Positions 22,949 to 34,897 of a stretch of DNA of 64,000 nucleotides are shown here, in pieces. How positions within the stretch are numbered: the stretch's first letter is position 1; the number at the start of each line of letters is the position of its first letter. The notes under the pieces were generated by a model. It was given only the letters and a program-made list of their open reading frames with translations, was not told the origin of the DNA and did not search any database. The stretch comes from Paraspadella gotoi (lineage: Eukaryota; Animalia; Chaetognatha). Position numbers and translations under genes: made by a program. The stretch is taken from positions 23,525,449 through 23,589,448 of the forward strand of contig CM119265.1 in the NCBI GenBank assembly GCA_051294375.1. The letters run 5' to 3'.

Positions 22949-24121
22949 TCTAACGAGATCGTCGTCATGCGGGTTTTGAATTAAGAAATGAGGGTGACTT
23001 TGCTCGATCGATTTGATGCTGACCAAAAGCTTCATTTTAAAATGTCTGTGCCTGAAAAGAAAAAAGAAAAATGAGTGGAAAAAAGAAATAATTGAATTTA
23101 AAAAAAAAATTTGTGGATCTTAAAACGTTTTCGTTATCTCTCTTCTCTCGACAGACAAATCATTTTTTTTCGGTCCATCGAGAATCAGGGGTTTTCCAGA
23201 AAAAACATCTTTCAATTTCAAATGAGAAGATAATGAAGATGATTTATTACTAAGACTTTTAGGAAATGATTTGAAAATATATATTTAAAAAAGAATAAGT
23301 ATAGGGAAAATGAAATAAAAAAAATCACTAAAAACCCCTGTGCTAGAATAAACAAAGATAAATTATTTCCTATTTTAAAATAAAAAGCTAAGACTTGAAA
23401 CCAAGCGAATCTTCGTTTTTAATATATAATTTAATTTCTAATTTCTTATAACGTGAAAAAAAGCCACATGATTGAATTCGATTAGGTGGGAAGTTTAAAA
23501 TCTGAAAAAATAATTCGCGATTTAAAAACCAAATTATTTGGATTGAATATAGATTAAACAGACGGAAACAATCTTAAAGCGATATATCCGGATCAAGAAT
23601 TTTAAAAACAAATTAGTAAATGAATGATCGGCGAAATTCAAGGCAAACATTTCTAAAATAGTTAAACAAATTTGACGAAAACTTAATTCTTTATTACAAA
23701 AATGGAGATTTTTACTTCATTCTTGCGTCGGGCAAAGTTTTTATTATTTTCGATAAAATTTAAAAAAAGATCATACGATCATGACAAATGGTTTCGAAGA
23801 AATACTTTTCATATCTTTAAATAAACCAACCAATCATGAGATTTAGTTTATTAAAAATCCTGAAACTTAAAAAAAAGTTCTCTTCTTGAACACGTAAAAT
23901 TGATCGTATTAGTATTCTCCAAAAAATGGGCATTTTGTTGAGCACGAAATTTAAAAACTTAATCAAGTTTCGAGTCCTAAACCAGAAAAAAAGCCGATGA
24001 CGTCATCGAAGGAAGAAACAGTCGAAACCGGCTTCCCATTGGCCGAATCGGGCCGATCACTCGCTATGATTAGTCGAACGTAACCCATGTCTCTCGTCCC
24101 GTGAATTCGAGGGACAAGAAA

Positions 24122-24160
<39 letters not shown>

Positions 24161-24442
24161 GTCTCTCTGCTCTCTCCTTCTATCGCTCCCACAAAATAAC
24201 CTCAGGGAAGCAGAGCTGTTTTTGTCTGTCCCTATCTCTCTCTCTCTTTGTGTTACTGGGACCCCGGGACGGCAATGCGCGACATTGCCGCCATGCCCTG
24301 CCGATCCCGGCGAAGTTGTCAACCTGAAGAGCGAAAGCGATTCCCCTTCGATTTTTATCTGCGGTCGATTATCGAGAATTTTCGGTCGGATGATAGGCGG
24401 TGCACCGAGATTGAGAGCGAGAGGAAACCGATAGAGAGGGAG

Positions 24443-24478
<36 letters not shown>

Positions 24479-24863
24479 GCAAATGGAAAAGCGTGTAACT
24501 GTCGTGAGAATGAGCGACCGACAGACCGACTGAAACCCGTTTTCCTCTCCATGGAATCGGAATCGAGGTGAGTTCGGTTTCCATGGAAACGGCGTTAGAG
24601 TCATCCTCATCTTCACGAAACTGATCCGTGAAAAGAGTCGCAGTTAAAATCCTATTAGCTTTGGTGTTTGTTACCAGTTTATTTATTCTTTATCATATTA
24701 TTAGGAAAAAAAAAATTTTAAATATTAACAGTGAGATAATCGTCCAATCGCTTATAACTTTGTATTTTTCAGCCAATCCGATTTGCATTTGGAGAAATAA
24801 CCCAAAAAACACGAATTCTGTACGTTTGTTGGATTTTCGAAAGTCGAAGAACGAGTGTGAGTG

Positions 24864-24922
<59 letters not shown>

Positions 24923-25934
24923 NNNNNNNNNNNNNNNNNNNNNNNNNNNNNNNNNNNNNNNNNNNNNNNNNNNNNNNNNNNNNNNNNNNNNNNNNNNNNN
25001 NNNNNNNNNNNNNNNNNNNNNNNNNNNNNNNNNNNNNNNNNNNNNNNNNNNNNNNNNNNNNNNNNNNNNNNNNNNNNNNNNNNNNNNNNNNNNNNNNNNN
25101 NNNNNNNNNNNNNNNNNNNNNNNNNNNNNNNNNNNNNNNNNNNNNNNNNNNNNNNNNNNNNNNNNNNNNNNNNNNNNNNNNNNNNNNNNNNNNNNNNNNN
25201 NNNNNNNNNNNNNNNNNNNNNNNNNNNNNNNNNNNNNNNNNNNNNNNNNNNNNNNNNNNNNNNNNNNNNNNNNNNNNNNNNNNNNNNNNNNNNNNNNNNN
25301 NNNNNNNNNNNNNNNNNNNNNNNNNNNNNNNNNNNNNNNNNNNNNNNNNNNNNNNNNNNNNNNNNNNNNNNNNNNNNNNNNNNNNNNNNNNNNNNNNNNN
25401 NNNNNNNNNNNNNNNNNNNNNNNNNNNNNNNNNNNNNNNNNNNNNNNNNNNNNNNNNNNNNNNNNNNNNNNNNNNNNNNNNNNNNNNNNNNNNNNNNNNN
25501 NNNNNNNNNNNNNNNNNNNNNNNNNNNNNNNNNNNNNNNNNNNNNNNNNNNNNNNNNNNNNNNNNNNNNNNNNNNNNNNNNNNNNNNNNNNNNNNNNNNN
25601 NNNNNNNNNNNNNNNNNNNNNNNNNNNNNNNNNNNNNNNNNNNNNNNNNNNNNNNNNNNNNNNNNNNNNNNNNNNNNNNNNNNNNNNNNNNNNNNNNNNN
25701 NNNNNNNNNNNNNNNNNNNNNNAATAAAAACAAAAGGCTGCGACCGCTAGATGGAATCGAGAGGCACACTATATTGGAGTTTCGTTGCACAATAAGCTTT
25801 TTATTATTTTTTATATCATACGATAATCAGTAAGATGAGAGAAAGAGGGGGAAGGGAGGGAGGGGAGGGAAGGAGAGAGAGAGAGAAGAAGAGAGAGAGA
25901 GAGAGAAGAGAGAGTAGAGAGAGAGAGAGAGGTA

Positions 25935-25971
<37 letters not shown>

Positions 25972-27197
25972 GCCCTTGGAAATGCCTTTTTTCTGTCTTC
26001 TCCAGAAACGTGATATTTTGCACGAAAATCTCTCTTCTATGTGCAAAGAAAAAGAAAAAAAATATTCCCGCGAGATGGACGGGTCGTTAAGGTCGATAGG
26101 TCTAGGAGTGAAGTGATTGATTATTAATGATTATTAATGATATCAGACCAGGATACAACAAGAGAAATAAAAAGAACACAGACGAGACGAGTTTGTTTGC
26201 TCTATTGATTTTTAGCCTTTTCAACAGCGAGAAAAAAAAAGTGGGAGAGATATTTTGACGAAAACTACCCGATTATAATTTTTCCGCGAATTTTATTGTG
26301 AATGAGATACTATTTTAGGTTTTGTGCTTAATTATTTCTTCAAGCGAAGAACGATAAAGCAATAAGGCTTCGTCATTGCGACATCCCAGAAAAAAAATCG
26401 TAAAATCCGTTTTCGTTAAAGCCATTAATTTCTAATTCGGAGTGAACGCCCCCCCCCAAAAAAAAAAATTGCAACTGAGGACTGAGTTAGAGTTAATTCT
26501 ATCTCTGGCCTAAACGACCCGACTGCGGTGGATCGGGGAGCGGCGGTGGGCGGCTGTGAGCCGCTGTGAGCGGCGGGGAGCGGCTGTGACAGCTGTGGTG
26601 TGACGGGAGAGAAAACCGCCAGAGGCGCTGACCAAGCGTTTTATGCGCGTTAATGGACGGCGCCAACGACGTTTTCAATCGTCACGCTGGTAACACTGTC
26701 GTCAGCTCGTTTGCCACGATTTCTGGTCCGTCGTTTTGCTTTTCAAAATAAATAATACAATCATTGTTTGAATGTTTGAATCGTTGCAATTCGAATTGTT
26801 TTTAGTGCAGCAACGGCAACGTTTATGATTTTAATATAAACTTATGCCTCTAAATTGAAAAAAATAATAACAATAACAATAATAAAATAATTATAATAAT
26901 AATAATAATGATAAATATTTAATTTAATATTTTTAAACAGATCCGCTTTTCTTTTTCTTCTCTTTACTTTCTTGTTTTTAAGATTTTTTCAAATTAAAAA
27001 TCTCACAGTAATCCTATAGAGTAATTGTTAAATAGAGGAATTCTTAGTTCGTCCAACAGAAAATTCAAAAACAACATCATTGAGATATATTTATCTTAAT
27101 CGTTTGGGCGGATTTGAAAAAGATTTCAAGATTTCAAGATTCACTTTAAATAAAATTTGTGAAGTCTCTCCGTTGAAATATCAAATACGAACGATTC

Positions 27198-27427
27198 GTG
27201 TGGATAAGGCGCTAAGTGGGCTGAAGATGACTATCCGTAACTTCTATAACCCCCTTTAGTAGCCATGGAACGGGTCCTGGGCTTGGAACCAGGCTTGAGG
27301 GGTTGCCACGCCCTCAAGGCGGCTTACGGCCGTCCTCACGCTTCCCGCAGGGTAGGTACCGGGTTGGGATTGAACCCGGTATCTAGTGGTCATGAGCTGA
27401 TGGCTTTACTCAATGAGCCACCGGGTC
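27198..27427 (-). mobile_element. tRNA-derived SINE
   Basis: Minus-strand head GACCCGG TGGCTCATTGAG (A box) ..GGGTTCAATCC (B box), then a GC-rich body. Degraded copies at about 34067-34260 and 61391-61470. Confidence 0.7.
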
Positions 27428-28046
27428 AGGACTGAAGGTGTCATGCTTATAGGCGGGGTGAACCTAGGCAATGCCCGACTACATTCGTTTCAACTAGAGT
27501 GATTATTTTACAGTGGGTGCAAAGTCCTTGATTGTCCGATATATAATTAATAACTAAGTATGTATACCTCTTCAAATAATGAAAAATGCTGAAACCATTT
27601 GGCTGATGAAAATAATTCGTAGCCCATGACAAAAGCAATTTTTAGGAATTTGTTTATTTCAGATGGAAATCCACTTTTAATTATGTATAAAGAAATTCTA
27701 ATTTGTTTCATATCAAAATTTAACAAATAATTAGAGGCGACCAAAAAAAAAGTTTGAAAAAATTCCGGGATTACTTTTCCTATTTACTGCGAAAATGTTC
27801 GGTTGATGTTTTTTTGGCCCAAAAAATCGAAATTGCGTGATTTCTTCGCCGTCGGAATCTTTTCGTCAAAGGTGCCTCCCATTTATTTATTTTGCTTAGT
27901 TAAATTTGTAAAATTTAAAACCAATTCGTCAACAGGAAAGAGACTCGGGCCACACTCTCGAGAGGCGACGCCGATCCGGGGACGCGTCGGCGAGCCATTG
28001 GGGGGATTCTCGCGAGCGAACGTGGGAGAGCGACGCGAATGAAAAG

Positions 28047-29377
28047 ATGAGCGACGGAGACCGAGATGATTTGGAATCGGAGATGGAGTCGCTAGAGACA
28101 GAGTCGGAGGAAGAGGAAGAGGCTCGTCCGGCGGAGAAAGGATGGATGTCGAGGTGGAAAAAAAGAAGGAAGACGTTGACGAAGATGACGAAGAGATTCC
28201 TCGCCAAATTCCGTCGAGAATCGAATCGATCGGAAGAAATGTCGGACTTTGAATCGGAAGAGTCGGGATCGAGGCGAAGCGACGACGATCGCGACGACGA
28301 TTACGACGATCGGGGCGACGACGAAGAAGACGAAGGGAAGAGGGTGCGGTTCGATCGACGGGGAGAAGGGGAAGGAGGAAGAGGAGGAAGTTACAGAGTT
28401 GAGAGGTTGTTACGCATTCGTTAGAGAAAATTACTTTTACCATATTTACTTAGTTGATCGTTAGTAGAAAGGCAAAAGTATCACGAAACACTAATGCGTT
28501 CACTGTAGTCTTTTGGAAATGCGTGAACGTAAAGAAAATGACTGCAGCTCAACGCCCTGACATTGCGCTTTCTTATTCATTATCATTTCTTTAATAAAAA
28601 CTTGAATGGACTTCTGCGACCAGTTCCGAATCCACCATCGTCCCCGTCGACGTCTCCAGAGACGGTAGCTTCCACTCCCGCAGCCGAAGCAACCCCAGCC
28701 TCCGGAGCAACCCCAGCGTCCGGAGTTTCCCCAGCATTCGAAGCAGCTACAGCAGTCGCAGCAGCCGCATTAGTCTGAACAGCGAGAGGAGGCGATCCCG
28801 ACGCCGCAGCTACGACAGCAGCGAAGACTCGACGCCTCGAGGCCACGACGACGACGATTATTATGACGACGACGACGACGACGACGACGACAACGGCTTC
28901 GTCGTCGATCTCGTTCGCAACGTCAACAACAACAACGGAACGATCGTGGGAAACGAAGACGACGACCACGACGCGGCGGACAACGAGAACGCGGCGGCGG
29001 CGGCGGCTGCGGCGGCGGCGGCTGCGGAGGAGAGCGACCAGGAGAACCTGAATCGATCGTCGGGAGTGCCGTTGGTGTGGAAGAAGGAGGAGCCGGACTT
29101 GAGAGTGAAAAGTGAGGGGCGGTTGGTGGGTGTAGTGAGAGTTAAGTGGCAAATAATGTTCAGAGAGAGAGAGAGAGAGAGAGAGAAGAGAAGGAGAGAG
29201 CAGAGGAGAGAGAGAAGGAGAGAGAGAGAGAGGGAGAATTCAAATTCACATCATTTGTTATCTCTACTCATCTTTATCTCCGATTCTTCGACAGAAAAAA
29301 CGGCGATCGGAATCTACGTTCTCTATTGCATCATATTAATCGTTTTCATCGTCATCGTCGCCATCAGCCACAAGTAG
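28047..29377 (+). CDS. Low-complexity acidic/Arg-Ser-rich protein with C-terminal transmembrane anchor, about 310 aa, unknown function
   Basis: Phase-compatible exons 28047-28405, 28624-29111 and 29295-29377. Poly-E/D tracts, RSNPS repeats, poly-Ala, ending TAIGIYVLYCIILIVFIVIVAISHK*. Confidence 0.6.
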
Positions 29378-30409
29378 ATGGCGGTGGCGGCGGCGGCGGC
29401 GTCGGCGGCGGCGGCGGCGGTGGAGCCGGTCGCGGTGGCGGCGAAATTTGAAATTTAGAAATCATTTTGTTGCGTTGATGGTTCTTGTAGTTTTGATTCG
29501 TGAAAGGAACTTTTTTTGAATTTACTCGGAAATGATAATTTTTTATTTCGTTGAAGATTCAGGTTAAAAATTTTGCCGTTTGATAAAGAATTAAATTTTT
29601 TGTAACAGCTATAATAGTTATATTGTAGAAGAAAAATAAAAAAAATGAGCAGGAAACTGGAAAGAAAAGTAAACTTATCAAAAAGAGGACGAAAGATGAC
29701 ACAAAAAATATTATTTAATGACATATTAAATAATAAAAAGATGATAAATACGATTGTCAGGAAAAAAAGGTAAAAAAATCAGAAATGAGTTTTCTCTAAA
29801 ATTAGATTAGGACATATTTGAGGGAGACGATGAAAAAGATTTGGCGAAAAAGAATGAAGACGAAAGACGACGACGAGGACGACGACGACAAGGACGTTGA
29901 ATCCGCGCTTGTGTCAACGCATGAGGACGACGACGACGACGACGACTGAAAGAAGGAGAACGAAGAGAAACGTGAAGGAGAAAAAGGAAAAGTTAAAAGG
30001 TTCGGAGGCGAATCACTGTGAAAGTAATCAAATGCCGACAATGTGAAGGAGCAAGAAACATTTTTTTCAAATTAAAATTCGATTTTCCTTTCTTGTTTTG
30101 GAACACTCATGTTTAAAAAATCATGTCTTAAACCACATGACTGATTATAATAAAATGTATACATATTGATTGGTTCTTTATTTTATTTTCTTTATATATC
30201 TTTTAAAATTTTTATCATAGAACGTTTACAATTTAAAATAATAAATTTGCGCATTTTCACTGCATATAAGTGTAAGATGAAGAGTGGCGTCTTGAGAAAC
30301 TAAGGCTGAATCCTTATGAGTCGCTGTTGAAGTGAATGAAAAAAAAAGAATGGAGGATCGCGTGACACTCGATTCGATTTCCGTCCGGAGAGAGAAATGT
30401 GAAAAACAG

Positions 30410-30812
30410 TGAAGGAAGGGGGGATATAGAAGGAATGGGGTGGCAAGGAAGGGAGTTCAAGGAGGGGTGGTGTAAAGAAGGGAGGTGCAAGGAAGAGGGG
30501 TGCAAGGAGGTGGTGGGTTCAAGGAATGGGGGATGCAAGGAAGGGGGGGGTGCAGGAAGGGGGGTGCAAGGAAGGGGGTGCAAGGAAGTGGTGGTTTCAA
30601 GGAACTGGGGGTGCAAGGAAGGGGGGTCCAAGGAAGGGGGTTTTAAGGAGGGTGGTGCAAGGAAGGGGAGGTGTTAAGGAAGGGGGTTGCCAAGTAAGGG
30701 GGTGCAATGAAAGGGGGGTTCAAGGAGGGGTGGTGCAAGGAAGGGAGGTGTAAGGAAGGGGGGTGCAAGGAAGTGGTGGGTTCAAGGAAGTGGGGGGTGC
30801 AAGGAAGGGGGC
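30410..30812 (+). repeat. G-rich minisatellite (unit of about 15 nt, GCAAGGAAGGGGGGT) with higher-order duplication
   Basis: More than 20 degenerate CAAGGA(A)GGGGG units; the block GTGGTGGGTTCAAGGAA recurs. Confidence 0.85.
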
Positions 30813-32859
30813 GCGCGAGGAAAGTCGAGAGTCTGAACTGGAATAGAAAAGAACAGCAAAACTCTGGCCTGGGACGCAGAATGGGAACCACGAACAAAAT
30901 TGGAAAGGACAGGAGCGGGAGGCGGGCTTAGATAGAAAAAGGAGCGACGTCGTGATAGGAGCGGAAATAAGAGCAGGAGTGGTACGCAAGGAGCAATGTT
31001 GATTATTAAGTGAGGGGGAGGGAGAGGGCGGGGAAGAGGGGGAGAAAAAAAAAACCTCATTCCGCTGTTTGTGCAAAACAAACAATATCCAGTTTCGCTC
31101 CAGCGATGGGGAAAAAAAAAGATCGGCATTTTTCTCATTCGTGATGAAGTTAAAAACGATGATGTTGATGAAAGCTCAACCTGAAAAGCTGTACTTAAAA
31201 AATATTATTTCATTCATTGATAGTGAGGCTGAGAGTAAATAAACTTTTAGTGACGGTCTTGATTGAAAGATGGAAAGGGTCTGTGCGTATATAAATCTCG
31301 TAAGGGGGATGGAGAAATCATGGGCAAGAAAGGTTGTTTAGGAATTAAATGATTTTATAATGGTACCCGTTTCATATGCGGTGAATGCGGTGATGTCATA
31401 TATAATGAATTTCTCGTCGGAGTTAATTGTATTTGGCGTGACCCAACCGTATCGGTTAATTTCAAAATTGAAAATGCACAGAAAAACAGAAAAACAGAAA
31501 AAGCGAGTAGAATGAAAATGAAAATTTAAACAATGTCCAAAATAACAATATCGCTTTTAAACTCGTTTAAATTATTTAAAATTTTTTTATCTAAAAAACT
31601 AGAATTGCCGCCGAAATCAGCAAATCAGTACTTTCAATTTTGTTACGTCTGAAACGTTTTAATGTTTTGTTCAAAATGTTTAAATGAATAATTCGGTCAA
31701 TAAATCGTTTGAGCTCTTTAACATTACTCTTTTTTCACCTTGATATTGATGAAATATATTTTCATTTTTATTTAGATTTCTGGCATCTTTCCTAAAATAA
31801 CCTACAGGAAGGAAAAAATATATATATACTTGTCGTTTAACTTAAATTTTCCTATAATAAAATCTTTATTCTCGACAATCTACTTGTATCTACTTTTATG
31901 ACAAAATCATCATCACTCTCATTTCTTCGCGATATATTAAATTGTTGTCTTTCCTTTCTTTTTCCAGAAAAAAAAAATCTCTGAAAAAAAGTTTTTCTAC
32001 TCTTTGAACTCTTTTTCTAATTTCTAAAGAGCCACAACGAGGCAGCACTGGTTTTACTTAAGGATTCATAGCGGCGGATCTTTTGTTTTCTGTGAAAAAA
32101 ATATTTATCGGTGTACGATTTCGTACTACGAAAACACTGTTCTATTAGGAATTAATGAGCGTCAAAGAAGTCAAACAGCCATCACTGCCTTCAGTAACCG
32201 GATTCGTTATTGTAAATGTCTTCAATATTTGTACACAACTTTCAGTCAGGGAAATATTGCAAGAGTCGTCAACGTCGTTAACTTATCGCAATTATCCTAA
32301 CTAATAAATAATTCAAAACTAGTTCAATTTCTGGGTTTTCGACAAAGTAAGACTGTGCCATTAGAGCAACGGTTCTGGCAGCAGACCGCTAATGAGGATC
32401 CGAAGCCCATGTCGACAACGTTAAGATTGCGCGGGCTCCAAGCCTCATTGCCGACAACGACATTAAATGCGGCCAATTACTTTTGGCGCCTTTCTTTTGT
32501 TTGCGCCAGAAACGAACTATTAAGATTTAACCGAATCGAAGGAACAGAGAAATTAGCCGCGATTAAATGTATTGATCTAAAAGTTTTTTTTAATCTTTTT
32601 CTTTCTTTTTTTTTCATCGAATTAAGCGTTTCTAGCTCGCTTTGTACTCCGCATTCATTAACTCAGTTCAGTATTTTGTTAATCTCTATTCATCCATATT
32701 TTTATACTTTTTTTTTTTTTGTTCTTTTCAATTTCTCTCATTCATTCTGTTTCATCTTTGCCTCGGGAGATTTTTTTTCCTACTGTATCAAGTTATCAAC
32801 CATTTTCTCTACTTAATTTACATTTTGAAGCTGTTATTTTGAATGACGCTTTGATCATG

Positions 32860-32952
<93 letters not shown>

Positions 32953-33162
32953 AGTAGATACCATAATCCTCTTCGCTATGATAATCCCTATTTAATTATA
33001 TTTCACTCCCTCTCTCCCCGGATAATTTCAACAAGATTTTCAATTTCTTTCCCAAACCTCAAAATTATTTCCCCTTCCCTTCGCCCCCCCCTCCGACCTC
33101 ATCTCCTTCGAGATATTCAAGCGACGGATTTCACGCTTTTTCTCCACCAAAGATGACGCAGG

Positions 33163-33263
33163 TTTTTAGTCGCGAGTACTCGCGGAGCAACTCTATAAGT
33201 CCACTTTGCGTCGTCGCCGGTCGGTCGGTCTATCCGTCGGTATGTCTGTCCGTCGGTCTGTCC
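33163..33263 (+). mobile_element. HINE/DINE-1-like repeat 5' end
   Basis: TTTTTAGTCGCG..CGCG..ACTCTATAAG followed by a (GTCG/GTCC/GTCT)n microsatellite. Confidence 0.5.
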
Positions 33264-33983
33264 CACTTAAGTTAAAAGTGCATATAATTTGCTTATAGTT
33301 AGTTGCTCATTTGTTAAGACAGAAAAAAAACAACTCAAGAACTGCGAGCGCCGCCTTTAGGATTTCTAAAAAATAAAGAATAAAATACATGTGAAAATAT
33401 ATTCACTGGACGCAACACATTGGAATCACCGTTCATGTTTTTTACAGAGAGTTCATCTTCTTTCACTTACCATCTCTATTTTTTTCCTCACCAGCCATCT
33501 TACTTTTTTTTTCCCCTTCTTTTTCTCAACGGCCTATTTTTCAATATTTTTATTCGCTATGGAATTATTCTCTCGGATATTTCTTTCCCCTTCCCTTTAT
33601 CCTCCAATTTTTCTTTCTCCGTTTTTTTTTTTTTTAAGAAAAAAATTCTTTGGTCTTTTGTTGCCTCGACCGAGCGTCGCGTGGCGGACCGCCCGAAAAA
33701 AAAACCCGGCGACCGCGCTGAGCAGAAAATTGAAAGAAATATGGAGATGATTTGCGTTGGAATTTGGAAAACATGGAGATCGGGGGGAGGGGCTCTGAGG
33801 GGGGCGGGCGGGGACAGAGGGGTCTGGATGGGATAATACCTTGAGCCGGCGGGGCGGAAGGGGGAAAAAGAAAGAGGGACGAAAATATGACTTCGAGTGA
33901 GAAACGATGGAAAAAAAAGGTAACGATGTTGTGTTTTGGTTGGCGGGGCGGAAATAGTAGTGCTTAGTAGGAAATTGAGAGAG

Positions 33984-34033
<50 letters not shown>

Positions 34034-34454
34034 CCCAGTTTCCCATGAATAAAAAAAAAAGAGACTTGTGTGATAGGCGCCTACAGTGGGCTGAGATGAG
34101 CTGTTGTAACTTTATACCTCTAGATCCAGATGGAGGGCTTTGACCAGTGAGTGGCCAAAGGCGTACGGGTTAGTTGCATAACGTTGGGAGACGGTATAGT
34201 GGTTAGTAGGCTTTCTCAAGAGAGGGCAAATGAAAGGATGAAGGCGGGGGAACTAGGAATGGACACAGACTAAGATTAATAAGTTTTTAAACTTCACAGT
34301 TTGCATAAAAACTAGTAAACCAAATAAAAAAAGGTTTCAAAAAATAAATAAAAAATAAAAAAAGTTAAGTCAAAAAGGAAAAAATAAAAAAAAAAAGGGA
34401 TTTGAAGTCGAAGCAAGAATCAGTTAACGATCTCTAACGAGTCCATAATCGCCG

Positions 34455-34897
34455 ATTCTGATCCCACAGATTATTCGCCACTGAGATCCTAATCGCACTT
34501 TCCCTTCTATCTATTCTATCTCTCTATCTATCTATCTATCTATCTATCTCTTCTATCTTTTCTATTCTCTCTATCTATTCTGATCCCACAGATTATTCGC
34601 CACTAGATCCTAATCGCACTTTTCCTTCTATCTATTCTATCTCTTTTCTATTCTATCTATCCATGCTATTCTATCTCTTCTATCTATTCTGATCCCTCAG
34701 ATTATTCGCCACTGAGATCCTAATCGCACTTTTCCCTTCTATCTATTCTATCTCTTCTATCTATATCTGATCCACAATTATTCGCCACTGAGATCCTAAT
34801 CGCACTTTCCCTTCTATCTATTCTAATCTCTTCTATCTATTCTGATCCCTCAGATTATTCGCCACTGAGATCCTAATCGCACTTTCCCTTCTATCTA
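34455..34897 (+). repeat. Tandem array: conserved core of about 50 nt separated by variable (TCTA)-type spacers, 5 units
   Basis: Core TTCTGATCCCTCAGATTATTCGCCACTGAGATCCTAATCGCACTTTCCC at about 34455, 34577, 34686, 34765 and 34839. Confidence 0.9.

Noticed and set aside
24255-24315. GC-rich hairpin CGGCAATG-CGCGA-CATTGCCG as an HDV-like ribozyme
   Set aside because: No P3/L3 TCCTCG-type motif or nested pseudoknot found.
27221-27245. Hammerhead ribozyme core (CTGAAGA)
   Set aside because: No downstream GAAA or stem III.
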